Assembly (NCBI GenBank): GCA_964016885.1
Contig: OZ024740.1
Location: 364,560,001-364,624,000, forward strand
Length of the DNA stretch: 64,000 bases
Source of the DNA: Eledone cirrhosa
Lineage: Eukaryota
Reading direction: 5' to 3'
The translations under genes were made by a program, and so were the position numbers. The first letter of the stretch is position 1. The number at the start of each line of letters is the position of its first letter. Of this stretch, positions 23,683 through 35,895 are shown in pieces. The notes below the pieces were generated by a model. The model did no database searches and was not told the origin of the DNA. It worked only from the letters and a program-made list of their open reading frames with translations.

Positions 23683-26316
23683 GAATGCCATGGTTGACGG
23701 AGGCTCGGCTCTGTAAGGTATAGTAATTTTTAACCGCTATAACAATTGTAAATTGTTTAAAACTTGAACCAAATTGTAGATAAAAACACCCTCCTCCTTG
23801 TGAGAGGGGTCTTTCTGCCCGTTATTTGGCCCTTCGGGGTTAAATAACCGCTTATTGGGGTTTTGTGCCCAATATTTATTTTAAACAAAAAAAAACATGG
23901 CTACGAAAAAGAATTTTCATAGGTCACTCCCACTCATTCCGTCTTCTTCTTCCTCAATCGTCACTACAGCAGAGAGAAGATTGTCTCTCTCCCTCCCTTC
24001 ACTAAATGTGCCTTTCTCCATCCCTTCTCTTTCGCAAGCGACGCCAGCAAAGAAAAATCACGTGCAAAGCGTGCAAAATTTCTCGACGACGACGACGACA
24101 GCGACGAAAAAGGTGTGTGGGAAATACGAAAACCCATTTCATTCGTCTGACGTCAGGAATAATAGCAGTAGCAGCCGTAATAACAGCAGCAGCAGCAACA
24201 GTGACAAGGAAAACAACAGTAGCAGCCGCAACAGCATCAGCAGCAGCATAAACAACAACAGCATTAGCAGCAACAGCAACAACAACAACAACCACAGCAA
24301 CAGCGGCGGCGGCAATAGTCGTAGTACCTGCAGCAACAACAAAAGTAACAGCAGCTCTGACGACAACAACAACAACAACAACAACAGCAGCAGCAAAGAA
24401 AAACCAATCTCGTTTGCAGGTATCGTAAAGAACCTGGAAACCATCCTCATAACAAATGAGGAATTACAGGAAGCGAAGAAGATGGTGACGAAAACCGGAC
24501 ACCGAGTAATCTGCAAGGCAGCCGAAAATTTTTTCGAAACCCAACAGCACTGTACGGTCACATACCGTACAGTAAGCACAAAATCCCGTAGGGTTGAAAG
24601 AGCCACAGAGGCTCAAATATAAAAAGCCTTAGGGTCTGTGTGGCAGCAGAAAACGCATACCACCCGAGGCCAGAAATATGCCACCGTAGACGTGCTTTTT
24701 GCCACACCCCAGGAGGCAAAGGCTCAATCCTTAGTGACCCTAAGGAGCGAGGAAATGGTGTTGGTGCCCTCCTACTGCGGGCAAAAAATTGTGAGGGTCA
24801 AACTAAACCCCCCCCCCCCCCGGATGGCCCTTTCTTGGCTGGCTGCGTCTGTCCTCGTCGGAATCGAGGACAAAACAACTGTACTGCAAGTACAGAAAAA
24901 AGTAAGAGAAGATTGAGTTGGCACCTCCATTGAGATGTTAATCCAAACCAACCAGGAGTGCATCGAAGCTATCCCGGATGTGATAGACTTCGATAATGGC
25001 ACTCAACTGTGTTGAGGGCAAACGCCCGAAATGGTTTCGCTGTGGATCTAAGACTCACCTCAGGGCCTTCTGCAACGAGAAGACCCTGAGAAAGGAAAAA
25101 AAAACCCTCCTTCCGAAACCGGCTCCACGGCTACCAGCAACAGGACAGGCGGCAAGCAGGAAGGATAGGTCCATGGCACCCATACCCACGCCACGGAAAT
25201 CAAGAACAGCAGCAGCAGTGGAAGTATTAACAACAACAACAGTAATACCAAATGCAGCTGCAACAGAGACTCCACTGCAAACATCACCAACAACAACAAG
25301 TGAAAGAGTGGAGCTGGTACCCCTCCCCGACCTCACAGAATCAGACATGGAGTGTGAGGTGGGAGAGGGACGGCAAAAGGTCGTAAGAAGGCACAAACGC
25401 AGAAGCAGCGCATCGTCGCCTTCGAAAAGGAAGGAAAGAAATGAAAAAAGGGTAAAGGCTACTGCAAAGAGACTCACAGTAGCAACACCACCCACACTAG
25501 CACCACCATCACCACCGGCGACAACCCCACCGCCAACAACAACAACACCTTCAACACCACCACCACAAGCACCAACATCGCAAACACAACAACAAAACAC
25601 ACACCCAGCAACAACGACAAGAAAATAGCAGAACCACACCCCACCCCCAGAAAAACAAATGCACGGCAATAAATACACACAAGAAACTAATGACTTATAT
25701 AATTGAACACACAGACATTTCACAGCATGACTACATAATACCAATACCAATCAAAACGCCAACGAACATAAGACTGGTTAAAATAGCTCAGAAACAATAC
25801 ACAAACATTAAAACGAAATTCCCCAACGCAGTTGGTGATTTCAGAGACCTAGGAGGGACTCTCAACCGGAGAGTATATTCGGAGATACTCATAGAAGAGC
25901 CGACGACCAGCCGAAGCGACGATTCAATGGTCCCTTCACCAGACGATCAAGTGAAAAGGGATGGAGAAACCACCCTTCCTCTACGAGAAGTAAGGTAAGT
26001 GGTCTTTCCCATCTTTTCCACTTCATTTCAACATGAATGGGCCTACTCTGAGTACGTATATGTAAATTAAAGGTGGAAAACTGGGAGAGGGCACTTGCCT
26101 TGGTGGTCAGGGTCACTGTGGCCTTTTACTGGGCTTTCTCCACAAATGTACCTCCGAAGTCTCCCCCCTATTGGGGAATTTTTCATTGTTATTTTTTTGT
26201 TACATCCTCTGTTTTTGTTTTTTACACGCAGAAATGCCCATTAGTACCGTCCTGTATTGTCCTGCACTGTCCTTAATGTCTACTTTATGTAAACCCTTGT
26301 GGTTAATAAAGAAATC
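23683..26316 (+). mobile_element. L1/Tx1-group LINE, ORF1-only internally deleted copy (5'UTR, ORF1, 3' end)
   Basis: Collinear with 26493-32250 but jumps from the ORF2 ATG (26033) straight to the last codons of ORF2 and the 3'UTR with AATAAA (26305-26310). Confidence 0.9.
23897..25998 (+). pseudogene. LINE ORF1 (gag-like; Ser/Asn-rich N-terminus, CCHC-type knuckle, Pro/Thr-rich region), disrupted
   Basis: ORF pieces 23897-24622, 24638-24916, 24996-25628, 25690-25998 join through stops and frameshifts; knuckle reads KWFRCGSKTHLRAFC; TAA at 24620 corresponds to CAA in copy 2. Confidence 0.85.
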
Positions 26317-26353
26317 ATCATTATTGTCATTATTATTATTATTATTTATTATA

Positions 26354-26481
26354 ATTGGCAGTATTGGTAGAGGGTCGGACACCATGCTTTCCAGCATAGT
26401 TACGTCCCTTTACGATCTGAGTTCAAATCCCGCCGAGGTTGACTTTGCCTTTCATCCTTACGGGGTCGATAAAATAAAGTA
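26354..26481 (+). mobile_element. 3'-truncated SINE type 1, duplicate of 23301-23428
   Basis: Shares the same 5' truncation, the gtcggacacc variant and the upstream atcattattgtcatt flank. Confidence 0.85.
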
Positions 26482-26492
26482 AAAAACAAAAC

Positions 26493-26869
26493 ATGGCTAC
26501 AAAAAAGAATTTTCACAAGTCACTCTCACTCTTTCCGTCTTCTTCTTCCTCGATCGTCATTACATCAGAGAGAAGATTGTCTCTCTCCCTCCCTTCTCTA
26601 AGTGTGGTGTCGCCTCTTTCGCAAGCAATGCCATTAAAGAAAAAGAAAAATATAGTTTCTGGTAGCTTTCACCAAGAGAACGTGCATACCGTAGAACATT
26701 TCTCCACGATGACGAGAACGACGAAAAATGTGTGCGGTAAATACGGAAAGCCATTTCATTCATCTGACGTCATGAAGAAAAGCAGCAACAGCAGCAGCAA
26801 CAGTGACAAGGAAAACACTAGTAGCAGCCGCAACAACATCAGCAGCAGCATAAACAACAGCAGCAACAA

Positions 26870-26901
<32 letters not shown>

Positions 26902-28603
26902 GCAGCAACAGCAACAACAACCACAGCAACAGCAGCGGCGGCAGTCGTAGTACCAGCAGCAACAACAAGAACAAGACGACAACAACAAGAACAACAACAA
27001 CAGCAAGAAAGAAAAACCAATCTCGTTTGCAGGTATCGCAAAGAACCTGGAAACCATCCTTATAACAAATGAGGAATTACAGGAAGCAAAGAAGATGGTG
27101 ACGAAAACCGAACACCGAGCAATCTGAAATTTTTTGAAACCCAACAGCACTGTACGGTCACGTACCGTACAGTAAGCACAAAATCACGTAGGTTTGAAAG
27201 AGCCACAGAGGCTCAAACACAAAAAGCCTTAGGGTCTGTGTGGCAGCGGAAAACGCGTACCACCCGAGGCAAGAAATATGCCACCGTGGACGTGCTTTTG
27301 GCCACACCCCAGGAGGCAAAGGCTCAATCCTTAGTGACTCTAAGAAGCGAGGAAATGGTGTTGGTGGCCTCCTACTGCGGGCAAAAAATTGTGAAGGTCA
27401 AACGGACCAATGTCCCCCCCCGGGATGGCCCCTTATTGGCTGGCCGCGTCTGTGCTCGTTGGAATCAAGGACAAAACAACTGTACTGCAAGTACAGAAAA
27501 AAGTAAGAGAAGATTGAGTCGGCACCTCCATTGAGATGTTAATCCAAACCAACCAGGAGTGAATCGAAGCTATCCTGGATGTGATAGACTTCGATAACGA
27601 CACTCAACTTCCCATAAGTGTTGAGGGCAAATGCCCGAAATGCTTTCGCTGTCGGTCGAAGAATCATCTCATGGCCTTATGCAATGAGAAGACCCTGAGA
27701 AAGGAGAACACCCCCCTCCTTCCGAAACCAGCTCCACTGCTACCAGCAACAGGACAGACGGCAAGCAGGAAGGATAGGTCCATGGCACCCATACCCACGC
27801 CACGGAAATCAAGAACAGCAGCAGCAGTGGAAGTATTAACAACAACAACAGTAATACCAACTGCAGCTGCAACAGAAGCTCCACTGCAACCATCACCAAC
27901 AGGAAGTGAAAAAGTGGAGCTGGTACCCCTCCCCGACCTCACAGAATCGGACATGGAGTGTGAGGTGGGAGAGGGATGGCAAAAGGTCGCAAGAAGGCAC
28001 CAACGCAGAAGCAGCGCATTATCGCCTTCGAAAAGGGAGGGAAGAAATGAAAAAAGGGTAAAGGCTACTGCAAAGAGAGTTACAGCAGCAACACCATCAC
28101 CACCCACACTAGCACCACCGGCAGCAACCCCACCGCCAACAACACCACCTTCAACATCACCACCACAAGCACCAACATCGCAAACACAACAACAAAACAC
28201 ACACACCCAGCAACAACGACAAGAAAATAGCAGAACCACACCCCACCCCCAGAAAAAGAAATGCACAGCAATAAATACACACAACAAGAAACTAATGACT
28301 TACATAATTGAACACACAGACATTTCACAGCACAACTACATAATACCAGCACCAATCAAAACACCAACGAACATAAGACTGGTAAGAATATCACAGAAAC
28401 AATGCACGAACATTAAAATGAAATTCCCCAACGCAGTTGGTGATTTCAGAGACCTAGGAGGGACACTCAACTGGTGAGTATATTCGGATATACTCACAGA
28501 AGAGCTGACGACCAGCCGAATGGACGATTCAACGGTCCCTTCACCAGACAATCAAGTGAAAAGGGATGGAGAAACCATCCTTCCTCTACGAGAAGTAAGG
28601 TAA
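26493..28603 (+). pseudogene. LINE ORF1 with CCHC zinc knuckle, frameshifted
   Basis: MATKKNFH start; CFRCRSKNHLMALC (Cx2Cx4Hx4C); ends ...LPLREVR* as in copy 1. Confidence 0.88.
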
Positions 28604-28637
28604 GTGGTCTTTCCCATCTTTTCCACTCCATTTCAAC

Positions 28638-31600
28638 ATGACCTCACTCAGAATAGGCAGCATAAATGCGCGTGGTTGGGGTCGTCATGGAAGCAGGGCC
28701 ACCTGCTCAACGACCTCAGGTCACTAAACATAGATGTAGTAGCCATCAGCGAGACCAGAATCTCCGAAGCACGGGCCTTTGCACCGATCTTCGGCGGCTA
28801 CGATGTGTACGCATCTCCCAGCTGTCCTGGATCGGGGGAAGGAGTTGCTGTGCTTTTTCGGAGAGGTTTGGATCTCGCCATACAGGCCATCTTCCTGGAC
28901 CCAGAAGGTAAGTTGGTGGTGCTGGACGTGACCAGCGAAGACGGGCAAGCTTTCAGGCTAGTGGCCATCTATGCCCCGACAGGAGCAGGGCGGCCTGATT
29001 TCTTCCGGCGTCTGGAGACCTTTCTAGGAACGTCCTGCTCTTTAGTGTTAGTGGGCGACTGGAACGGGATCTTAGATGCACGCTGGGACTGTGTGGGATT
29101 AGCGGATAGGGGAGGAGGGGGCAAGAACCTCACCAATCTGCTCAGGCGTTTTGAACTGTCTGACAGGTACCGATTGGATTTCCCGAATGTGCCAATGTGG
29201 ACTTGGACAAATCGTATCGGGTCATCCAGATCATATCTAGATAGAGTATTTTGTAGGGAAATAGATAGGTCTAGCATAGGCTGTCCACAATTCAAGATAG
29301 TCAGCTACACGGACCAAATTCGTGATCTGTGTGCTTGACTTAGATAGGCTTCATAGACGAGCACCCGGTTACTGGAAGCTAAACGCGTCCTTACCAGCAC
29401 GCAAGGCCTACAGAGACCCGATTAGCGAACTAGTTAAGCGAGCATTAATGGGGGCCATCGTCAACAACAAGTGGTGTTTTGCTCTGAAAAGAGCAATTAG
29501 AATACAGTCCATTAGATTTAGTAAGGCTTTAGCTATAGAGAAAAATAGAGCAGAGGGAGAACTAGTTAGAAAATTAGACGAGGTGCTTAGCAAAGGCATT
29601 GCGACCGACGTACTTGCGGCGAAATTGGCCCTTGACCAATTCTTCAATTCAAAGCACGAAGGCTGCGTTGTCAGAGCTAGGGTGCGTGCTCTCAGACACG
29701 AGGGGACGAAAGCCGTTCAATGGGCCTGAGTCGCGGAAGCGCGTCGTGGCAACAAAGCCATTATCCGGTCTTTAGTGGACCACGACGGGCGCATGCCACT
29801 TGATCTCGGATAAATGTGTGAAGCTTATCAGCGACACTTCGCTCAGCTGTTCGGGGGCAGCGGCAGGCCGGATTGCAGGATGGACTTTAGTGTCTACTTC
29901 GACAGACTGCCGCGGCTCTCGGCCACTGAGGCGGAGTGTTGTGAAAAGCCGATAACAGCCGCTGAAGTACGGGAGGCAATGACTGGCTGCACAAGGGGTA
30001 AATCGCCTGGTTTGGATGGTCTGCCCTATGAACTTTACGTACAGATGCCAGACTTGTTCGGAGGCCTCTTGGCGGACATCTACTGCAACCGGCAACAGAA
30101 TGGGAGAATTCCCAGCTCTGTGAGCCGAGGAGCGGTGGCACTGCTGAGAAAGGATCCGAACAAGGGGGATAACATAGATAATTTCAGGCCCTTAACTCTG
30201 CTAAACACAGAGTTCAAGATTTTGGCCAAGGTGTTAGCAAAGAGGTTGGCGCTTGTCGTTGGTGGTCTGGTGGGAGAGGCACAGAGATGCACCATTCCCG
30301 ACAGATCCATCCACGACAACCTCCACCTCATGCGATACATCGTAGAGAGGGTAGCTAGGGAACCTGGCACGGGTGGATCCTTGATCAATTTAGATCAGTC
30401 GAAAGCTTTCAATAAGGTCGACCATCGTTACCTAGCGGCAGTCCTGAGGGCGGCTGGCTTTGGGCCCGTCTTCAGAGGCTGGATCGCTGCTATGCACAGC
30501 GACATCTGCTCTGTGGTGAGAGTGAACGGTCACCTTTCGGAACCGTTCAACATCATGCGCTCGGTCCGCCAAGGATGTCCCCGCTCGTCCCTCTTCTACG
30601 TATTGACTCTCGAGCCATTACTGCACAAACTGGAGACGTTGAGGGGCGTCCCGCACGAACTAGGATGCGGAAGATCCGTGTCAGCATATGCAGACGATGT
30701 CACCGTAGTGGTGTCGAACGCCAAACACCTCGAGGCGATCGGCACTACACTAAGAGAATACAAAGCGGTGATAGGAGCAATGACCAACCAAGAAAAGTCA
30801 GTGGGCCTGCAGCTCGGCACCTGGAGAGGCAGGTCCATGCCGTCCAACAACGTCGTCGGGCGCTGGACGGACGGACCGGTTAAATTTCTAGGGATCTGGT
30901 TTGGTCCGGACCTCGAGACGGACAAAAACTGGAACAAGGTGACGAGCAGGGTGACTTCTCTCATCCAGAGGAAGCTATCCCTGAAAGGTCGAGCGGAGGT
31001 GGCTAACGCGTACATTGCGTCCGTCATCTACTACCGCCTGACCGTCGCACCTTGTCCTAAGCCCCACCTGACTGCGCTGGAGCGTTTGCTCTATCGCTTT
31101 TTGTGGAAGGGACACGCTCCGATGGTCAGGCGGTCCATCTGCTGTCAACACCCGCTACGTGGAGGGCTGGGCATGCCGTGGTTGATGATGCGCAGACATG
31201 CGCTCAGGCTGCGACATCTCCACCTCTTCCTCGACGTTGATCAGGTGTGGTTGTCGTTTGCTAGACGCGTCTTTCCCCAGCCTGTCTCCTTGACGGAGCT
31301 GCAGTCCTGGGTCAAGCGAAGACCGAGAGGGAGCGCTTGGAGACTGGAATGTCTTCAGGCGCTCACAGCCCTCGACCAATCGGGCAATTTGACGGGTGGA
31401 AACTCCACCTCGGCGTTCTAGAGAGGATTAGAGGAGGGGAAGAGCGACGACGTACTTGGGGAAACTGTAGGTGTCGACGAAAATCAACTAGCCAATCTCT
31501 TTGGAAGAACTTTCGGAAATCCCTGGCCTGGCAGTGCTACCGAGGAGCTTTGCGAGTTTGGGATAAACTCTACAGGCATGGAGGTGCCGTCAGCCGGGCA

Positions 31601-32019
31601 TGTCCGAGATGCGCGCAGGGCGACGAAACCGTCGTCTTGCACGCACTCGTCCAGTGTCCGAGCATTGCTAACTTGTGTGTTTATGTCGAACACCTGCTCT
31701 CGCGTGTAGGACGGATCCGGCTATCAGCTGAGTTCATCGTGAGGATTGTCCCGCCCTCTTTCTTAAGCCGGGAAGGGCAGGCAGTTTTTATCTGTCTGGT
31801 GTCCATGGCGAAAGAGATAGTATGGTGGACACATTTGAAAGGGCTGAAGACGAGCACTTACTTTTTCGGTGATGCCCTGATTAACTTTTTCAAATTTCAT
31901 TTGAAAAGGAAAATCAGGGTAGAGAGGGAAGTGCTCTCTCCCAGCATTTTGTTGAAAGATGGGTGAGAGAGGTAAGAATGGCCCGAGTGAATGGGCCTAC
32001 TCTGAGTATGTGTCTGTAA
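28638..32019 (+). pseudogene. LINE ORF2: APE endonuclease, reverse transcriptase, C-terminal Zn-finger; several frameshifts and stops
   Basis: MTSLRIGSINARG start; APE motifs VAISETR, AIYAP, LVGDWN, SYLDRVF, SYTD; GYWKLNASL; RT motifs KSPGLDGLPYELY, NFRPLTLLNTEFKILAK, LDQSKAFNKVDH, VRQGCP, AYADDVT, KFLG; CPRC...ETVVLHALVQC; lesions near 28676, 29315, 29727, 29800, 31419, 31950. Confidence 0.95.
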
Positions 32020-34034
32020 ATTAAAGGTGGAAAACTGGGAGAGGGCACTTGCCCTGGTGGTCAGGGTCACTGTGGCCTTTTAATGGGCTTTCTCCACATA
32101 TGTCCCTCGGAAGCCTCCCCCTATTGAATCTTTCATCGTTATTTTTTTTGTTTTTTACTCGCAGAAATGCCCATTTGTACCGTCCTGTATTGTCCTGTAC
32201 TGTCCTTAATGTCTACTGTATGTAAACCCTTGTAGTTAATAAAGAAAGCATTATTATTATTATTATTATTATATTTGTGGTTTAGTGGTTATGGTGTTGT
32301 GCTTATGATCATAAGGTCATGAATTCAATTCCCAGCAGCTGGTTGTGTCCTTAAGCATGACACTTTATTTTTTCATTGCTCCAGTCAATTCAGTTGGCAA
32401 AATTTAGCTGTGCCTGTAATTCAAAGTGCCTGTCATGTTACTCACTGTGCCATACTGACTCCCTGAGAAATATGTTAAAGGTGCACATGTCTTCAGAATG
32501 CTCAGCCACTTACACTGTAATTGTTTCTACTTTTGGCACAAGGCCAGCAATTATCCCAGTGCATTACTGCTACTTTATTTTATCAACCCCGTAATGATGA
32601 AAGGTAAAATTAACCTTGGCGGGATTTGAACTCAGACCGTAAAGGGATGTAACTCTATGCTAGAAAGCGTGGTGTCCGACCCTCTACTGATACTGCTAAA
32701 CCACTGCCACTATAATGCAAGATAGACTGTACCTTTAATTCAAATAGCCAGTTTTGTCATATACTGGGAACTAAGTTATTGATTCATGTGTCTGTGGAAT
32801 GCTCAGCCACTTGCACTTTAGTTTCACGAGCTGTTTCAGAACTAATGAAGATTCAACAACAATAGCAGTCTTCATTTTTTTTTTTGTTCTTTCTTTAACC
32901 CTTTCGCATTTAAACTGGCCATATCTGGCCAGAATTCTCTCCCATTTTTTTGTTCAAACCAGCTATAACAGGCCATTCATACTGATGTTAAGGTATTGTT
33001 CTCAAAATGAATATCAAAATCTCATAGATACGATATTATATGAGATAATTATGTGGGGTAAAGCCTTTACCATGAAAATATAATAGTAAATATAGAGTAA
33101 TGTAAATACTAAAGGGTGAAATAATGTTTCAATATCTTCTGCAGAAGAAACTATTCAGCTGTAAATATGATTCTAACCTCTTGTTTACTTATGCTATGCC
33201 CTTTCAACTCCCGTCACACCTGTGCTTTTAGCTGAATCAAAATTTTAATCTGAACTAAGAGAAAAGAAATTGACACAAGAAAAGAGTTTGTCATTCATAA
33301 CTTAATGTGTTGTTAAAGGTATCTGCATAAGTTTAGCTGACCTTCTATAAGGCTCTTTCTCATTGGCAGTTTCTTCAGTGTTTTAATGATAAGGGGCCCT
33401 AGTCCTATAGTGTTATGATTGTTACAGCTCATACGTCTGTAGGTTTATCTGGCCTCATATGAAATTAGATCTCATTGGAGGTTTCTCACGTGTTTTAATG
33501 ATAGAGCCCTCCCCCCAGTCTTATCATGTAGGTTTAATGGGCATTATATGAGGGTGCATCTCAGGAGATTTCTTGGGTGTTTTAATTATAAGGGCCCAGA
33601 ATCAGACCATATAACTATTTTTCCGATAACAGGAAATAGAATTTGAATTCAGAGCATACATATCAAGAGCAGATACTGCAGTTATCCTGTTTAACACTAA
33701 CAATTCTGCCAATCCACAGCTCTAGACTAGTACTTTATTTTATTGACATCTCAAAAGGATAAATGGCAAAGTTAACCTTGGTGGAATTTGAACTCTGCAT
33801 ACTGAAAACTGGAAAAATATCAAAAGGCATTTAATCTGATGCTCTAATGACTCTGATAATCCACTGCCATCACAGACTACAAACATATGTGTAATTTATG
33901 CAAGGACTACAAACATATGTGTAATTTATTACATAACTACCACTAATGTCTACTTAGACACCTATAGTTTTATATATATATATATATATATCATCATCAC
34001 CATTTTACATCCGCTTTTTCCCTGCTTGTAGGTT

Positions 34035-34230
34035 TTGTGTAGTTGTTTGTTATATTGATAATTCTCTCATCTCTATTATCTGTGTTGTTAGTGTTGTGTG
34101 GTTGTTGTTGCTATATTGATAATTGTGTTAACTCTATTACCTACACTGTTGGTGTTGTGTGGTTGTTATATTGATAATTCTGTCATCTCTATTACCTACT
34201 CTGTTGTTGATGTGTGGTTGTTGCTACAGT
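34035..34230. repeat. ~60-bp tandem repeat, about 3 copies
   Basis: tatattgataattctgtcatctctattacctac..tgttggtgttgtgtggttgtt repeated. Confidence 0.8.
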
Positions 34231-34380
34231 TTGCTTCACTCTTAATTACTGCTCTCATAAATAAGAGATGATGACTCAGTTACCTCCCTTCCCCATCGCC
34301 CTCTCTCCCTCACTGGATCCTCTCCTTCAGATTGGCTGTCATTTGCCTGATTCTGTTTCAGTTAAATATATACATACATA

Positions 34381-34430
<50 letters not shown>

Positions 34431-35732
34431 TACATATATATATACCTGTTACACCTAATTAAAATAACACTTTTACTTCCAGAGTAAAATGTGTGCATGC
34501 ATATATACATATGTATCTGCATATTTACATATACATAAATACAAGCATACATACATACATACATACATAGGAGTGTGTGTGTGTGTATGCTCATTCAATT
34601 TTCCTATTTGAACCTGCAGGCCAATTCATATTTCCTTTTCTTTTTACCTTTCTTTATATCGAAGACATCAAAATTTAATTTTCAAACTACCACAAAAATC
34701 CAGTTATATTTTTATTGTTGATCCTATATTTTTATAAAATACAGAAGATAAAATGAAAGCAATTCAGAAAATATCTTCTTGGTCTTTTTTTTTTATTGCT
34801 TTTTTTTTAGTTCATTTTAAAATTTATATATTTATTTATGTGATTATATACTTAAGATAAACAATGAATGGATATGTGGTAAATATGTTCAACTAGAATC
34901 TCTGTGATATTGTAGTGAATGTTTTTGGAGAAAATAAACATTATTTTAACTTGCCTCAGTGGTAGCTTGCAGGAAATATCTCAATTTATAATTAATTCAT
35001 GTCAGTAATGGTTTCTATCCAGCTGTAAAACATGTTTTAATGTTAAGAAATGTGTTTTTGCTAATCTGCATTTACATAGATATCTATTATTATCATATAT
35101 ATATATTTTTAAGCTTTGTAGCCATGTATTTCTCAAAAAATACTTGGAATATCTTTTCTATAAATTCCATAGAAATAGTGAGGTATCTTTGCAGTTAGGT
35201 TTAAATTTGATGTTATATCTTTTTTTAAAAAACTATTTTTATTCCAACCTGCCTTAAACCACCCCTGATTCTATGAGACAAAATCGCCCATTTTAAAGGA
35301 TTCCTACTTAAATTAAAACCTTCCAACATAATTTTATAAAGAACATTTTGTTATGTTACAAATATCATCATAATTATATTATAGTTTCATTAGAAATATT
35401 GTAATGGAAGGGTTAAATTGTTCACTCTTATTAAAGTTTACTCTCATAATTTTATATAAGAAACTTGTATGTTCCAAACATCAGCCTTCTAATGAAAAAG
35501 CAATATTTTGATAAATTCTTGCATTTTTTTTTTTTTTTCAAAATTAATTGAAACATAGGCTGTAATCTTTTGTTAGAAATATGGTAACAAAATGGTTAAA
35601 GTACTGTCCATTTATCTGGGATGGTGCTGTTTGTCTCATGAACCAACAGACTGTTAACCCTCCATTATCCCCTCCCTTCTAAATGCTTTCATTATATTAC
35701 ATAAACATTTTATTTGAAAATAGAACTTATCC

Positions 35733-35895
35733 TCAGTGGCATAGTAGGGGGTCTCAGTGCTTGAGGGCAAAAGCACTTTTGGTGCTCCCAGCTTAATTAA
35801 CAGGCATGATAGGCGAGTGGAGCATTTTTGGCCCCTTCACACCTACACAGGGTGGAGTAGGGATCTACCCTACCTCCCTCTTGCTAAGCCTCTCA
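35733..35895. mobile_element. Possible decayed hAT-type MITE
   Basis: Ends cagtggcatagt / gctaagcctctc resemble CAGTGGCGTAGC...GCTACGCCACTG inverted termini. Confidence 0.35.

Larger units (their letters stand above)
26482..32270 (+). mobile_element. L1/Tx1-group non-LTR retrotransposon, near full length, lacking the 5'UTR, inactive
   Basis: ORF1 + 34-nt spacer + ORF2 + 3'UTR with AATAAA (32238) and (ATT)n tail; GC/CpG-rich relative to flanks. Confidence 0.95.

Noticed and set aside
25991-26000. Perfect splice donor AAG|GTAAGT at the ORF1 stop as the cause of ORF2 loss
   Set aside because: The deletion junction is ~40 nt downstream at ATG|AAT and lacks GT..AG boundaries, so it is not a splicing product
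24002-28355. Long minus-strand ORFs (poly-L/V/C) over the LINE ORF1 regions
   Set aside because: Antisense shadows of CAA/CAG-rich ORF1 sequence
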